A stretch of DNA of 16,586 nt from Candidatus Sigynarchaeum calidifontis (GTDB lineage: Archaea; Asgardarchaeota; Lokiarchaeia; Sigyniarchaeales; Sigyniarchaeaceae), in assembly GCA_030587475.2 (NCBI GenBank), contig JAUQYZ020000084.1:1-16586 (forward strand). Direction: 5' to 3'. Positions 7,196 through 14,975 of this stretch are shown here, piece after piece. The notes under the pieces are model-generated. The model had not been told where the DNA came from and did not search any database. It was given only the letters and a program-made list of their open reading frames with translations. The position numbers and the translations under genes are program-made. Positions within the stretch are counted from its first letter, which is position 1; each line of letters starts with the position of its first letter.

Positions 7196-8692
7196 ATGAC
7201 GATGGACGCGCTGCAATACTCAAGGAACCGGGGTTTATTCACCGACTATTACCAGTTCACCATGGCACAAGGTTATTTCGAGCTCGGCATGCAAAGCAAG
7301 GTCGCCACGTTCGACTTGTTCTTCCGGAACAACCCGTTTGGAGGGGGCTATGCCGTCGCCGCGGGCATCGGCCCGGCCCTTGACTATGTCGAGCGGCTGC
7401 GGTTTGACGACGTGGATCTCGGGTACTTGGAAGGGTGCGGGGTCTTTTCAGATGCCTTCCTAGGTTATCTTCGGGGTTTCAAGTTCACCGGTTCCATCCA
7501 AGGCGTGCCAGAAGGCACGGTCGTGTTTCCACACGAGCCTATCTTGCAAGTCGAAGCACCGATAATCGAGGCACAGATCATTGAGACCGGGCTCTTGAAT
7601 ATCATCAATTATTCGACCCTTGTTGCGACAAAGACATCAAGAATATGCATGGCGGCACGTCCATCTAGCGTCGTCGACTTCGGTCTCCGTAGAGCGCAAG
7701 GTGATGGTGCATATCTCGGGACTCGAGCCTCCATTATTGGTGGCGCGTCTGGCACGTCGTTCGTGGACGCGGCACGGTTGCTCGGGGTGCCGGCCATCGG
7801 GACACACGCGCACTCGTGGGTCCAGCTTTTCCCGTCGGAACTCGACGCGTTCCGCGCCTATGCGAAGGTCTTCCCGTCGAGATGCATGCTGCTCCTCGAC
7901 ACGTACAACGTGCTTCGATCGGGCGTGCCGAACGCGATCACGGTAGCCAAGGAATTGAAAGCAGCAGGGAAGGATATATTGGGTGTACGTATCGATTCGG
8001 GAGATCTGGCTTATCTAGCCGTCGAGACCTACCGGGCTTTTAAAAAAGCTGGTTTTCCTGGCATTAAGATCGTGCTATCTAACGATCTCGATGAATTTCT
8101 CATTGAAAGCATCGCGCGGCAGATCGAGGCACCGCTCGGCTCTCCCAGCGCGGCCGAGAAAAAGCTCCGGAAGGAAGTGGTCGAGCACATCACGTACGGG
8201 GTCGGGACGAAGCTCATAACTGGCGGAGAACAAGCAGCGCTCGGCGGCGTTTACAAGCTCGTTGCCGTCGATGGAAAACCGTGTATCAAGGTAAGTGAGA
8301 ACGTGACGAAGATCATCGATCCCGGGGTCAAGGCATTGTACCGTTTTTCGGATAAGAAGAATTCAATGCTTGCTGCTGACGTGATAGCCTTTTATAACGA
8401 GCCAGCACCGTTACCTGGCGACACGGCCTATATCCCGCTCGAGGAGGGCAAGAAGTTCGTCATCGATACCAACACGACTCGCGAGTGTCTCCTCAAGCCG
8501 CTTATCACCAAAGGGCGCCGGGTCGCGGGCGTTGATGATACGGGCATCGAAACGGGCAAGGAAAGGTGCAAGGATCAGCTCGCCCGCCTGCATCCGGCGA
8601 GCCGGCGTTTCCTCAATCCCCAACCGTACAACGTGGGCTTGTCATGCCAGCTATTCTCGCTGCGACGGGATTTGATCTCCCGCTATGGCTGA
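7196..8692 (+). CDS. pncB: Nicotinate phosphoribosyltransferase
   Basis: LFTDYYQFTM, DFGLRRAQG, GTHAHS (phospho-His), LLDTY, GVRIDSGD, SNDLDE, GVGT and GGVYKLV. Start could be 7193 (TTG), 7196 or 7202 (ATG). Confidence 0.95.
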   Translation: MTMDALQYSRNRGLFTDYYQFTMAQGYFELGMQSKVATFDLFFRNNPFGGGYAVAAGIGPALDYVERLRFDDVDLGYLEGCGVFSDAFLGYLRGFKFTGSIQGVPEGTVVFPHEPILQVEAPIIEAQIIETGLLNIINYSTLVATKTSRICMAARPSSVVDFGLRRAQGDGAYLGTRASIIGGASGTSFVDAARLLGVPAIGTHAHSWVQLFPSELDAFRAYAKVFPSRCMLLLDTYNVLRSGVPNAITVAKELKAAGKDILGVRIDSGDLAYLAVETYRAFKKAGFPGIKIVLSNDLDEFLIESIARQIEAPLGSPSAAEKKLRKEVVEHITYGVGTKLITGGEQAALGGVYKLVAVDGKPCIKVSENVTKIIDPGVKALYRFSDKKNSMLAADVIAFYNEPAPLPGDTAYIPLEEGKKFVIDTNTTRECLLKPLITKGRRVAGVDDTGIETGKERCKDQLARLHPASRRFLNPQPYNVGLSCQLFSLRRDLISRYG

Positions 8693-8753
8693 TGCCTTAT
8701 TTATCCGGATGTTGAACTGACTAGCGGCACTTCTCGAGAACCGATGACGAGCC

Positions 8754-8960
8754 ATGAAACCAAAGCCATGCAAGACGTGCAACAAGGTCCAGGGCGATGC
8801 TGAACTAGCAAAATCGCTGTATTGCTTCTCGTGCGATGCTCTCTTCTGTCCTTCCTGCATCAAGCGGCAAGTCCGCATGGATGCCGGCAAGTGGTTGTGC
8901 CCGTTCTGTCGCCAATGGTGGAGCGTAGAATCATCCACCCTGGTCCGCGAAAAAAATTAA
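8754..8960 (+). CDS. Small 8-Cys cross-brace zinc finger protein (RING/PHD/FYVE-like, C4C4)
   Basis: C-x2-C-x14-C-x2-C-x4-C-x2-C-x13-C-x2-C ending in WLCPFCR; ATG start; fills the pncB-afpA gap without overlapping either gene. Confidence 0.8.
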   Translation: MKPKPCKTCNKVQGDAELAKSLYCFSCDALFCPSCIKRQVRMDAGKWLCPFCRQWWSVESSTLVREKN

Positions 8961-8966
8961 GAAATT

Positions 8967-9527
8967 TCACGAGCCGCGCAGTTTCTCGAGCGTCGCGGCC
9001 ATTTCCTCTATATTCTTGAATACTGTCACGTCGTCCATGGCACGCACCTTTTCGAGGTTATCGAGATCGACCTTGCGAGGGTAAAGCTTGAGCGTAGACC
9101 CGTCACGGAGCACGGTCTCGACCTCGGTGCCCTGGTCGGTCGGGTACAAGTAGACGGGGACGCGCGCCTTGAGCCCGAGGGAGACGCAGTTGCTCACGAG
9201 GGAGTCCGCGATGCCACAAGCGATCTTGGCCATCGTGTTCGCGGTCACCGGGGCGACAAGGATGAAGGCATATCTCTTCCGCTGGATCTGGCCGCCCAGG
9301 AACGGCGTGTTGGGTCCTTTTTCTTCCATCACCTTTGAAAAATGATCCTTGAGGACTTTCCAGCAATCGTAGTACTTTAGCACGAAGGGAGCCTCGCGCG
9401 ACAATGCGACCTCGATGTCCCACGCGTGCCACGACTGCACCTCGATCATAAGGTCAATTGTCTCGCGGAGCTTGTCACCCGAGGACGTTATGCACCAAAG
9501 GATCTTTCGTCGGGCTCCAGCACTCAT
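8967..9527 (-). CDS. afpA: Archaeoflavoprotein AfpA (HFCD-superfamily FMN protein)
   Basis: ILWCITSSGDKL.ET, VLKYY, PNTPFLGGQIQ, APVTANTMAKIACGIADSLVSN, VPVYLYPTDQ and R.VDLDN.EK match the AfpA pattern. Confidence 0.88.
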   Translation of the reverse strand: MSAGARRKILWCITSSGDKLRETIDLMIEVQSWHAWDIEVALSREAPFVLKYYDCWKVLKDHFSKVMEEKGPNTPFLGGQIQRKRYAFILVAPVTANTMAKIACGIADSLVSNCVSLGLKARVPVYLYPTDQGTEVETVLRDGSTLKLYPRKVDLDNLEKVRAMDDVTVFKNIEEMAATLEKLRGS

Positions 9528-9671
9528 GGATCGTCATCTCGTTCAGAAATTCCGTGCACCGCGGGAGATTAAATCGGCCGTCACGGCATTACATGGTAAA
9601 TAACGAACAGATAATAAATCGTATTTCATCTAGCTATTTAAAAACAACAGAAATCACGACGCGTGAATTCG

Positions 9672-10853
9672 ATGGCAAAAAAAAGCGCGAAATCGAAGAG
9701 CACTTCGGAGAAAGCCGAAATGGAGCAGGTCGGCGAGCCAGAGGGGGTAAAGCCAGGAGATAACGCCGATAGCGAGGAGATCGACAGGGCATTCGAGGAA
9801 GCAATGAAGGCAGAGACATCGAGCGAGGAACCCGTCGAGAACGTGGAGGAGGACGTGGACATCGATGTCATGGCCGCGTTGGAGGCTGGTGGCGGGCATG
9901 TTGACGTTGATAGTCTCACGGTCAAGGATATTCCAGGTGTGGGCCCGAGCGTGGCAAAGAAGCTCATCGACAGCGGGTTCAAGAACATCAGGGCAATCGC
10001 CACGCTCCCACCCAAGACTTTGATGCAGGAGAGCGGCATCGGCGACAAGACAGCGGAGAAAATCGTCAGGGCAGCACAAGAGCTTTGCAAGATGGAGTTC
10101 ACCACGGCCGATGTCGTGTTCGAGAAACGCAAGAATCTCGGACGCATCGTGACGAGCAGCAACGCACTAAACGAGATCCTCGGCGGGGGCATAGAGACGG
10201 GTGCCATCACGGAGCTGGTCGGCGAGTTCCGCACGGGCAAGACCCAGATCGCGCACCAGTGTTGCGTCAACGTGCAACTCCCGGTGGACCAGGGCGGGCT
10301 CGGGGGAAAGGCCTTGTACGTGGACACCGAGGGGACGTTCCGGCCGGAGCGGCTCGCGAAGATGGCCATGGCCAAGGGTATGGACGTGAAGGAAGCCCTC
10401 AAGAACGTGATATACGCGCGGGCATACAATAGTGAACACCAGATCAATATCTTGAGGCAAGCACGAAAGATCATCGAGACCCAAAATGTCAAGCTCATCG
10501 TGATCGACTCGTTGATTAGCCACTTCCGCGGCGAGTATTTCGGGCTCGGTTCGCTCGGCCCGCGCCAGCAGCTGTTAAACATGCACATCCACCAGATCAT
10601 GCAGCTCTGCGACACGTACATGATCGCCGCGATCGTCACGAACCAGGTCCAGGCCAAGCCCGACGTGTTCTTCGGCAATCCCATCGTGCCCGCTGGCGGG
10701 AACATCATCGCGCACGGCAGCACGTATCGGGTCTATCTCCGGAAGGGAAAAGGTGACACGCGCGTGGCCAAGGTCATCGACGCACCTGGACTACCCGAGT
10801 CGGAAGCCGTGTTCAAGATCAGCGACAAGGGCATCGAGGACGCGGAAGCCTGA
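9672..10853 (+). CDS. radA: DNA repair and recombination protein RadA, with long acidic N-terminal extension
   Basis: HhH motif DIPGVG, polymerisation motif FTTA, Walker A GEFRTGKT, YVDTEGTFRPER, Walker B LIVIDS and L2 region NQVQAKPD...GGNIIAH. ATG at 9672 preferred over GTG at 9663. Confidence 0.95.
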   Translation: MAKKSAKSKSTSEKAEMEQVGEPEGVKPGDNADSEEIDRAFEEAMKAETSSEEPVENVEEDVDIDVMAALEAGGGHVDVDSLTVKDIPGVGPSVAKKLIDSGFKNIRAIATLPPKTLMQESGIGDKTAEKIVRAAQELCKMEFTTADVVFEKRKNLGRIVTSSNALNEILGGGIETGAITELVGEFRTGKTQIAHQCCVNVQLPVDQGGLGGKALYVDTEGTFRPERLAKMAMAKGMDVKEALKNVIYARAYNSEHQINILRQARKIIETQNVKLIVIDSLISHFRGEYFGLGSLGPRQQLLNMHIHQIMQLCDTYMIAAIVTNQVQAKPDVFFGNPIVPAGGNIIAHGSTYRVYLRKGKGDTRVAKVIDAPGLPESEAVFKISDKGIEDAEA

Positions 10854-10935
10854 TTTGTTTTCATAACTATCTTTTGTCTGGTTACTTTGCTCTAAAACCC
10901 ACACGTTTATTGCATTTCCCGGTAGATCCGATCTC

Positions 10936-11184
10936 ATGGTATCCGAAGGAGTGCAAGTGAGCGAGAAGCAGAAATTGAGGCCTATAATCGACGAGGAGAA
11001 GTGCATGGGTTGCGGGCTCTGCATGGATAGTTGCGAATCCCATGCCATAAAGGGCTGCTTGCTTCTCAAGAACGGGGTGATGTGCGTCATCGATGACGAG
11101 GCGTGCCAGGCCGCGCAGCCTGCATGTGAATACCGGTGCGTCAAGCTATGCCCGAACAAAGCTTTCTCTCTCGTGAAGGCATGA
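10936..11184 (+). CDS. Dicluster [4Fe-4S] ferredoxin-like protein
   Basis: IDEEKCMGCGLCMDSC (Cx2Cx2Cx3C) and a variant second motif C-x6-C-x3-C-x3-CP followed by NKAF. Confidence 0.85.
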   Translation: MVSEGVQVSEKQKLRPIIDEEKCMGCGLCMDSCESHAIKGCLLLKNGVMCVIDDEACQAAQPACEYRCVKLCPNKAFSLVKA

Positions 11185-11292
11185 ACTATCCTGGTTTCCG
11201 TGGATCGATGCTCTTGGATGTATTTACTATTTTTTCATTTTTTGCATCACGTGTAATTTTAAAAAGATGGCAAGGAATGACTGGATCATTAG

Positions 11293-11321
11293 AGAGTTGG
11301 CAATCGCCAACTCTTTATAAA
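11293..11321. promoter_or_regulatory. Perfect 9-bp inverted repeat (candidate operator or leader hairpin) in front of the wHTH gene
   Basis: AGAGTTGGC-AATC-GCCAACTCT (11293-11314) abutting TTTATAAA; a second TATA-like TTTTAAAAA lies at about 11257-11265. Confidence 0.55.
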
Positions 11322-11332
11322 CACGATGGAAC

Positions 11333-11617
11333 ATGGCCAAGGAAGCCTTGATCTTGAAGGTCTTGCTCGACGGGATCCCGCGGACCATACCCGAGATCGC
11401 CGCAGCGACCGGCATGTCAGACACGTACTGCCTCACGCTATGCAACGAGATGTCGGGTAACGGCACGATCAACCTCCGTAAAAGTGCCGGGACGTGGATC
11501 GCGTGGCGAGCAAACGTGCGCGGGACGCACGAGCATGATGTTGCCAAGACACGTGCTATCGCGGTTAAAACCATCGTGGCAAGGAACACGCGAAATAGCG
11601 AGGAGAATAACGCATGA
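11333..11617 (+). CDS. Small winged helix-turn-helix protein, putative transcription regulator
   Basis: ILKVL...PRTIPEIAAATGMS...helix...G.I..RKSAGTWIAW fits a wHTH with beta-wing; the stop overlaps the next start (ATGA, 11614-11617). Confidence 0.7.
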   Translation: MAKEALILKVLLDGIPRTIPEIAAATGMSDTYCLTLCNEMSGNGTINLRKSAGTWIAWRANVRGTHEHDVAKTRAIAVKTIVARNTRNSEENNA

Positions 11618-12525
11618 AGACGGAGAAATGCCTGGCTGATCTCCAGCTAGAAGTCATTTACAACGACAAGTGCATCTTGTGCGGATCTTGCGGTGCATTC
11701 TGCCAGAACATCTACTACGAGGGCGGGAAGCTGAACTACAAGGAACAATGCTCGGAAACGGTTGGCGTGTGCTATAATTTCTGCCCGCGATCCGAACTGA
11801 ATATCCCCGAGCTTGATATGAAGATCTTCGGGAAAAAGAGGGAGGATCAAGCTCTCGGAGTGTATCATAAGGCCATCAAGGCAACGCTCAAGAACGGATC
11901 CTTGAAGGACATCACGACCGCGGTGCTCGTCGCGGCCCTCGAGACCGGCTTGATCGACAGCGCGGTGCTTGGCAGCGCGAAGGTGGAAAAGGCGCTCGAG
12001 CCCGTCTTGTGCAAGTCGAAGGAAGAGATCGTCGCGAACGCGGGCGAGCGCAAGGGCTTGGGCCCTATCGTGCAAGGCGTTGGCCAGGCCATCAAGAAAA
12101 AGCAAGACAAGATCGCCGTGGTGGGCCGCCCGTGCCACGCGCAAGGGCTCGCGAAGATCCGGAAAAACCCCGATTTCCTCGTCAACCAGGACAAGATCGC
12201 CCTGGTCATCGCCCACGCTTGCCTCGCGCAGGGCAAGGGATGCACCGTGTGCATCGATTATGCGGGCGACTTCTCCGACTTGTCGATCGACGTCAAGACC
12301 GGGGAGATGCTCGTGCGGTCCGACGCCGGCCAGAAGGCGATCGACGCGGCCGTGAAGAAAGGATACATCGAGGTCGGGCAAGGCAACATCGACGCCATGC
12401 AGAAGGCCGCGGCCACCAAGCGCGTGAAGAATTTTGCGAAGGTACTCGCCAAGGGCAACGACGTGGTGTCTGCGGATTATCTCAAGATGGACTTGGCCGG
12501 CATGAAGTTCGTCACCAAGGAATGA
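11614..12525 (+). CDS. Divergent FrhB/FpoF-like (coenzyme F420 hydrogenase/dehydrogenase beta subunit family) Fe-S protein
   Basis: N-terminal ferredoxin (CILCGSCGAFC ... C-x6-CYNFCPR), LGVY, ALETGLIDSAV, KIAVVGRPC, GCTVCID...SDLS and LVRSDAG. Flavin-binding motifs look degenerate. Confidence 0.82.
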   Translation: MKTEKCLADLQLEVIYNDKCILCGSCGAFCQNIYYEGGKLNYKEQCSETVGVCYNFCPRSELNIPELDMKIFGKKREDQALGVYHKAIKATLKNGSLKDITTAVLVAALETGLIDSAVLGSAKVEKALEPVLCKSKEEIVANAGERKGLGPIVQGVGQAIKKKQDKIAVVGRPCHAQGLAKIRKNPDFLVNQDKIALVIAHACLAQGKGCTVCIDYAGDFSDLSIDVKTGEMLVRSDAGQKAIDAAVKKGYIEVGQGNIDAMQKAAATKRVKNFAKVLAKGNDVVSADYLKMDLAGMKFVTKE

Positions 12526-12558
12526 GAAAAACAAGAAATAGCAGGGTATTTCCCTTTT

Positions 12559-13323
12559 CTATTTTTTTCTCGGGATAAAATCATCCGCGCGAAACTTGTT
12601 CGTGACTTTTTTATCCGCTCGCGTGGTCATCTTGCTACCGAGCTCCATGTCTTGCTCGTACTCGTCCTCCATCGCATCGACTTCCTCGAGCTCCCTTTCG
12701 ACCTTCAAGACGTCATCTTTCAAGCCCATGTTCTTGAAGATCTCGAGTGCTTGCTCCAGGTGGTCGCGTGCATCGTCGAAATTGCCCTCGTCGGCCTCGC
12801 TCTGGCCGATGTAGTACAAGGACAGTGCCTCCCCGCGCCGGTCGCCCATCTTCCGCTTCAAGTCGAGGGATGCCGTGTGGGCTCGCAGCGCGAGCACGTG
12901 GTTGCCGAGCTTGGTGTGGATCATGCCGATGTTCCGCAGCGCGATGGCCTCGCCTTCCTTGTCATCGAGCTCCTTGCATATTTCAACGGATTTCATGTGG
13001 TAATTCATGGCGGAGTTCATGTCGCCCTTGAGGAAGTACAGCTGGCCGATCTTGTTCATGGTCGATGCAAGGCTCTTGCGATCGTGCATGTCCTCGTAAA
13101 GATCGAGATTGTTCTTGTAATACTGGATCGCGTGATCCCTGTCCTTGAGCTGATCGTAAATCCTTCCGAGATAGTCGTTCACGACGAGTGCATCCTTGTC
13201 CGAGCCGAGTTGGTAACTTTTCTCGAGTGCCAGCTCGAACTTGAGCAATGACAAGTCGTATTGCTGCTTTTCGAAGAATTGCTTCCCCTCGTTCACGAGC
13301 TGGTCAAATTCTTCGCGTGTCAT
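12559..13323 (-). CDS. Tetratricopeptide-repeat protein (40-aa period) with acidic C-terminal tail
   Basis: Repeated LG/IG..Y...G....A..Y...(S/A)L.I....GD units (LGRIY, IGQLY, IGMIH, IGQSE) at 40-aa spacing. Confidence 0.88.
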   Translation of the reverse strand: MTREEFDQLVNEGKQFFEKQQYDLSLLKFELALEKSYQLGSDKDALVVNDYLGRIYDQLKDRDHAIQYYKNNLDLYEDMHDRKSLASTMNKIGQLYFLKGDMNSAMNYHMKSVEICKELDDKEGEAIALRNIGMIHTKLGNHVLALRAHTASLDLKRKMGDRRGEALSLYYIGQSEADEGNFDDARDHLEQALEIFKNMGLKDDVLKVERELEEVDAMEDEYEQDMELGSKMTTRADKKVTNKFRADDFIPRKK

Positions 13324-13496
13324 GGACTGCGAGCCTCTGGCCGTGTAGCTGTTCCGATGTCAGCTATTCTAAGTAAATCGTTCGCAAATATAAACTATTG
13401 GGCACGGGTGCCGTTGCTATTCATCTTTGCACGAAAAGCGCATGAAGAAAGGCTATTTCATCCGATCGCGTTTCGGATCGCACGGTTATTTTCGAA

Positions 13497-14756
13497 TCAC
13501 ATCTTCAAAAGCGGTTCCTTCGCGCAAAAGGCTCGCCAATGCTCGATGACCTTGTCGACTGGTGTGTGGACGAAATCTTCGGGGAACGCGACGTTGATCA
13601 TGTGCCGGTAGACTTTTTCCCACACGGGGATGACGTTGCTCATCTTGTGCGTCCGGGTGACCTCTGCAAGGGCATTGTTTCCGAGTTCCTCTTGCAAGGT
13701 CTTGTTTGTCAGTACTTTCGCGATGTACCGGGCGAAATCACGCTCCGTGTTTGCCAGGAATCCGGTCTTGCCGTGGACGATCACGTCCTTGATGCCGCAC
13801 GAGTTCTTGCCGATGCATGGCGTGCCTTGCGCCATGGCCTCTAGCAGCACGAGGCCCTGGGCCTCGATGTCGTTGTAGAGGAGCGACACGTCCGCTGCAT
13901 CGTACACCTTTCGCTGCCAGCCGTGCTTGATCCACCCCGTGAAGGTCACGTTCTCGGTGATCTTGAGTTCCTGGGCGTATTTCATGAGAGCGGGGATGTG
14001 CGGCCCGCCACCGGCGGAGATGAGGTGGGCATCGATGCCCTGGTCCCTGACGGCACGCAGCGCCCGGAGGATCGCCTCGATGTTTTTTTCAGGGCCATGG
14101 CGCCCCGCGTAAAGCATGATCTTCTTGTCGAGCGGGATCTTGTAATGCTCCAGCACTTCCGAGCGGGCATCGTGGGTCTTGAGGAAGTACTCGTCAAGGA
14201 TGCCATTTGTCAAGGCAAAGATGGGCTCTTTTATCTTGTATTGGAGGATGAGCTGTTTCTTGGACAACGTGGGGACGTGCCGCACGTGAAACCTGTTGTA
14301 GAACAGTCTCTCGTATTTCCACGCGTAAAACGCGAATGCCTTCCCGATCACGGGGAAATAGTCCCCCGCGTAGTACTTGAGCGGCGAGTGATGCGTGATG
14401 ATCTTGGGAATGCCTTGGATCTTGGACACGTCAAGGCCGAGCGCGCCGACGGTCATCGGCGTGGCCGCGTGCACGATGTCCAGCTCCTTGTAATAACCAT
14501 AATTGTTGAAAACGTACCGGATGAACGGGATGGACAAGTAAAACTCGGGATCGCGGGACATGCGGAAGTTGATGATGTGCGCCGCTTGGTGGAAGTTCAC
14601 GTTCGGCTTGCCGGCGACGCCATTACCCGGGGCGAACACGTGGACGGTATGGCCCGCCTTGCCAAGTCCAATGACGAGCCGGCGCACCGCTTCCGCGGTA
14701 CCATTGCATTCGGACAGCATTTCCGAGAAAACGCCGATGGTGAGCTTGTTCTTCAT
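13497..14756 (-). CDS. GT4-family glycosyltransferase, similar to diacylglycerol glucosyltransferase (glycolipid synthase) types
   Basis: IGVFSE....NG, GHTVHVFAP, DIVHAATP, NGI, YAGRHGPEKNIE, EAQGLVLLEAMAQGTP and DVIVHGKTGFL. ATG at 14756 preferred over GTG at 14765. Confidence 0.88.
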   Translation of the reverse strand: MKNKLTIGVFSEMLSECNGTAEAVRRLVIGLGKAGHTVHVFAPGNGVAGKPNVNFHQAAHIINFRMSRDPEFYLSIPFIRYVFNNYGYYKELDIVHAATPMTVGALGLDVSKIQGIPKIITHHSPLKYYAGDYFPVIGKAFAFYAWKYERLFYNRFHVRHVPTLSKKQLILQYKIKEPIFALTNGILDEYFLKTHDARSEVLEHYKIPLDKKIMLYAGRHGPEKNIEAILRALRAVRDQGIDAHLISAGGGPHIPALMKYAQELKITENVTFTGWIKHGWQRKVYDAADVSLLYNDIEAQGLVLLEAMAQGTPCIGKNSCGIKDVIVHGKTGFLANTERDFARYIAKVLTNKTLQEELGNNALAEVTRTHKMSNVIPVWEKVYRHMINVAFPEDFVHTPVDKVIEHWRAFCAKEPLLKM

Positions 14757-14877
14757 GGTAGTCACGAGTGACGCGTTATCCTCAGCGATAATCCCTCGAG
14801 CTAGAAAATCGGCCCGTTCATACTGTTCCGTATATTGGAGATCTGTAAGTGCTCAGTTGATCAAACCGTGGATTCTG

Positions 14878-14887
14878 TTATATAAAA
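14878..14887. promoter_or_regulatory. TATA-like box in the divergent GT4 / lipid kinase intergenic region
   Basis: TTATATAAAA, the main AT-rich tract between two divergent genes in a GC-rich context. Confidence 0.4.
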
Positions 14888-14975
14888 ATTCTCCTCGTGG
14901 TGCGTTCGCCGATCGAGTAATATACGGGGCGCGCGTGGCAAGGATTCTTATTCGGCAGCGCCTTCTCCCGCAACC

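Noticed and set aside
9638-10723. 361-aa antisense ORF over radA (likewise 225-965, 11647-12534, 12652-13251 and 13923-14771 over other genes)
   Set aside because: Shadow ORFs opposite well-supported genes with GC-rich third positions; no family motifs.
11227-11589. 120-aa minus-strand ORF as an alternative to the wHTH gene
   Set aside because: No motif; the plus-strand ORF has a wHTH pattern and an ATGA overlap with the next gene.
10936-12525. Selenocysteine read-through at TGA stops of the redox genes
   Set aside because: The TGAs fall at natural C-termini, no Cys-motif position is occupied by TGA, and no convincing SECIS was seen.
11614-12525. FrhB-like gene as a pseudogene
   Set aside because: No frameshift or internal stop; cluster cysteines are retained and it is coupled to the upstream gene.
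12526-12558. Bidirectional hairpin terminator (GAAATA-N6-TATTTC)
   Set aside because: The stem is short and AT-rich; T tracts on both strands are plausible terminators but too weak to call.
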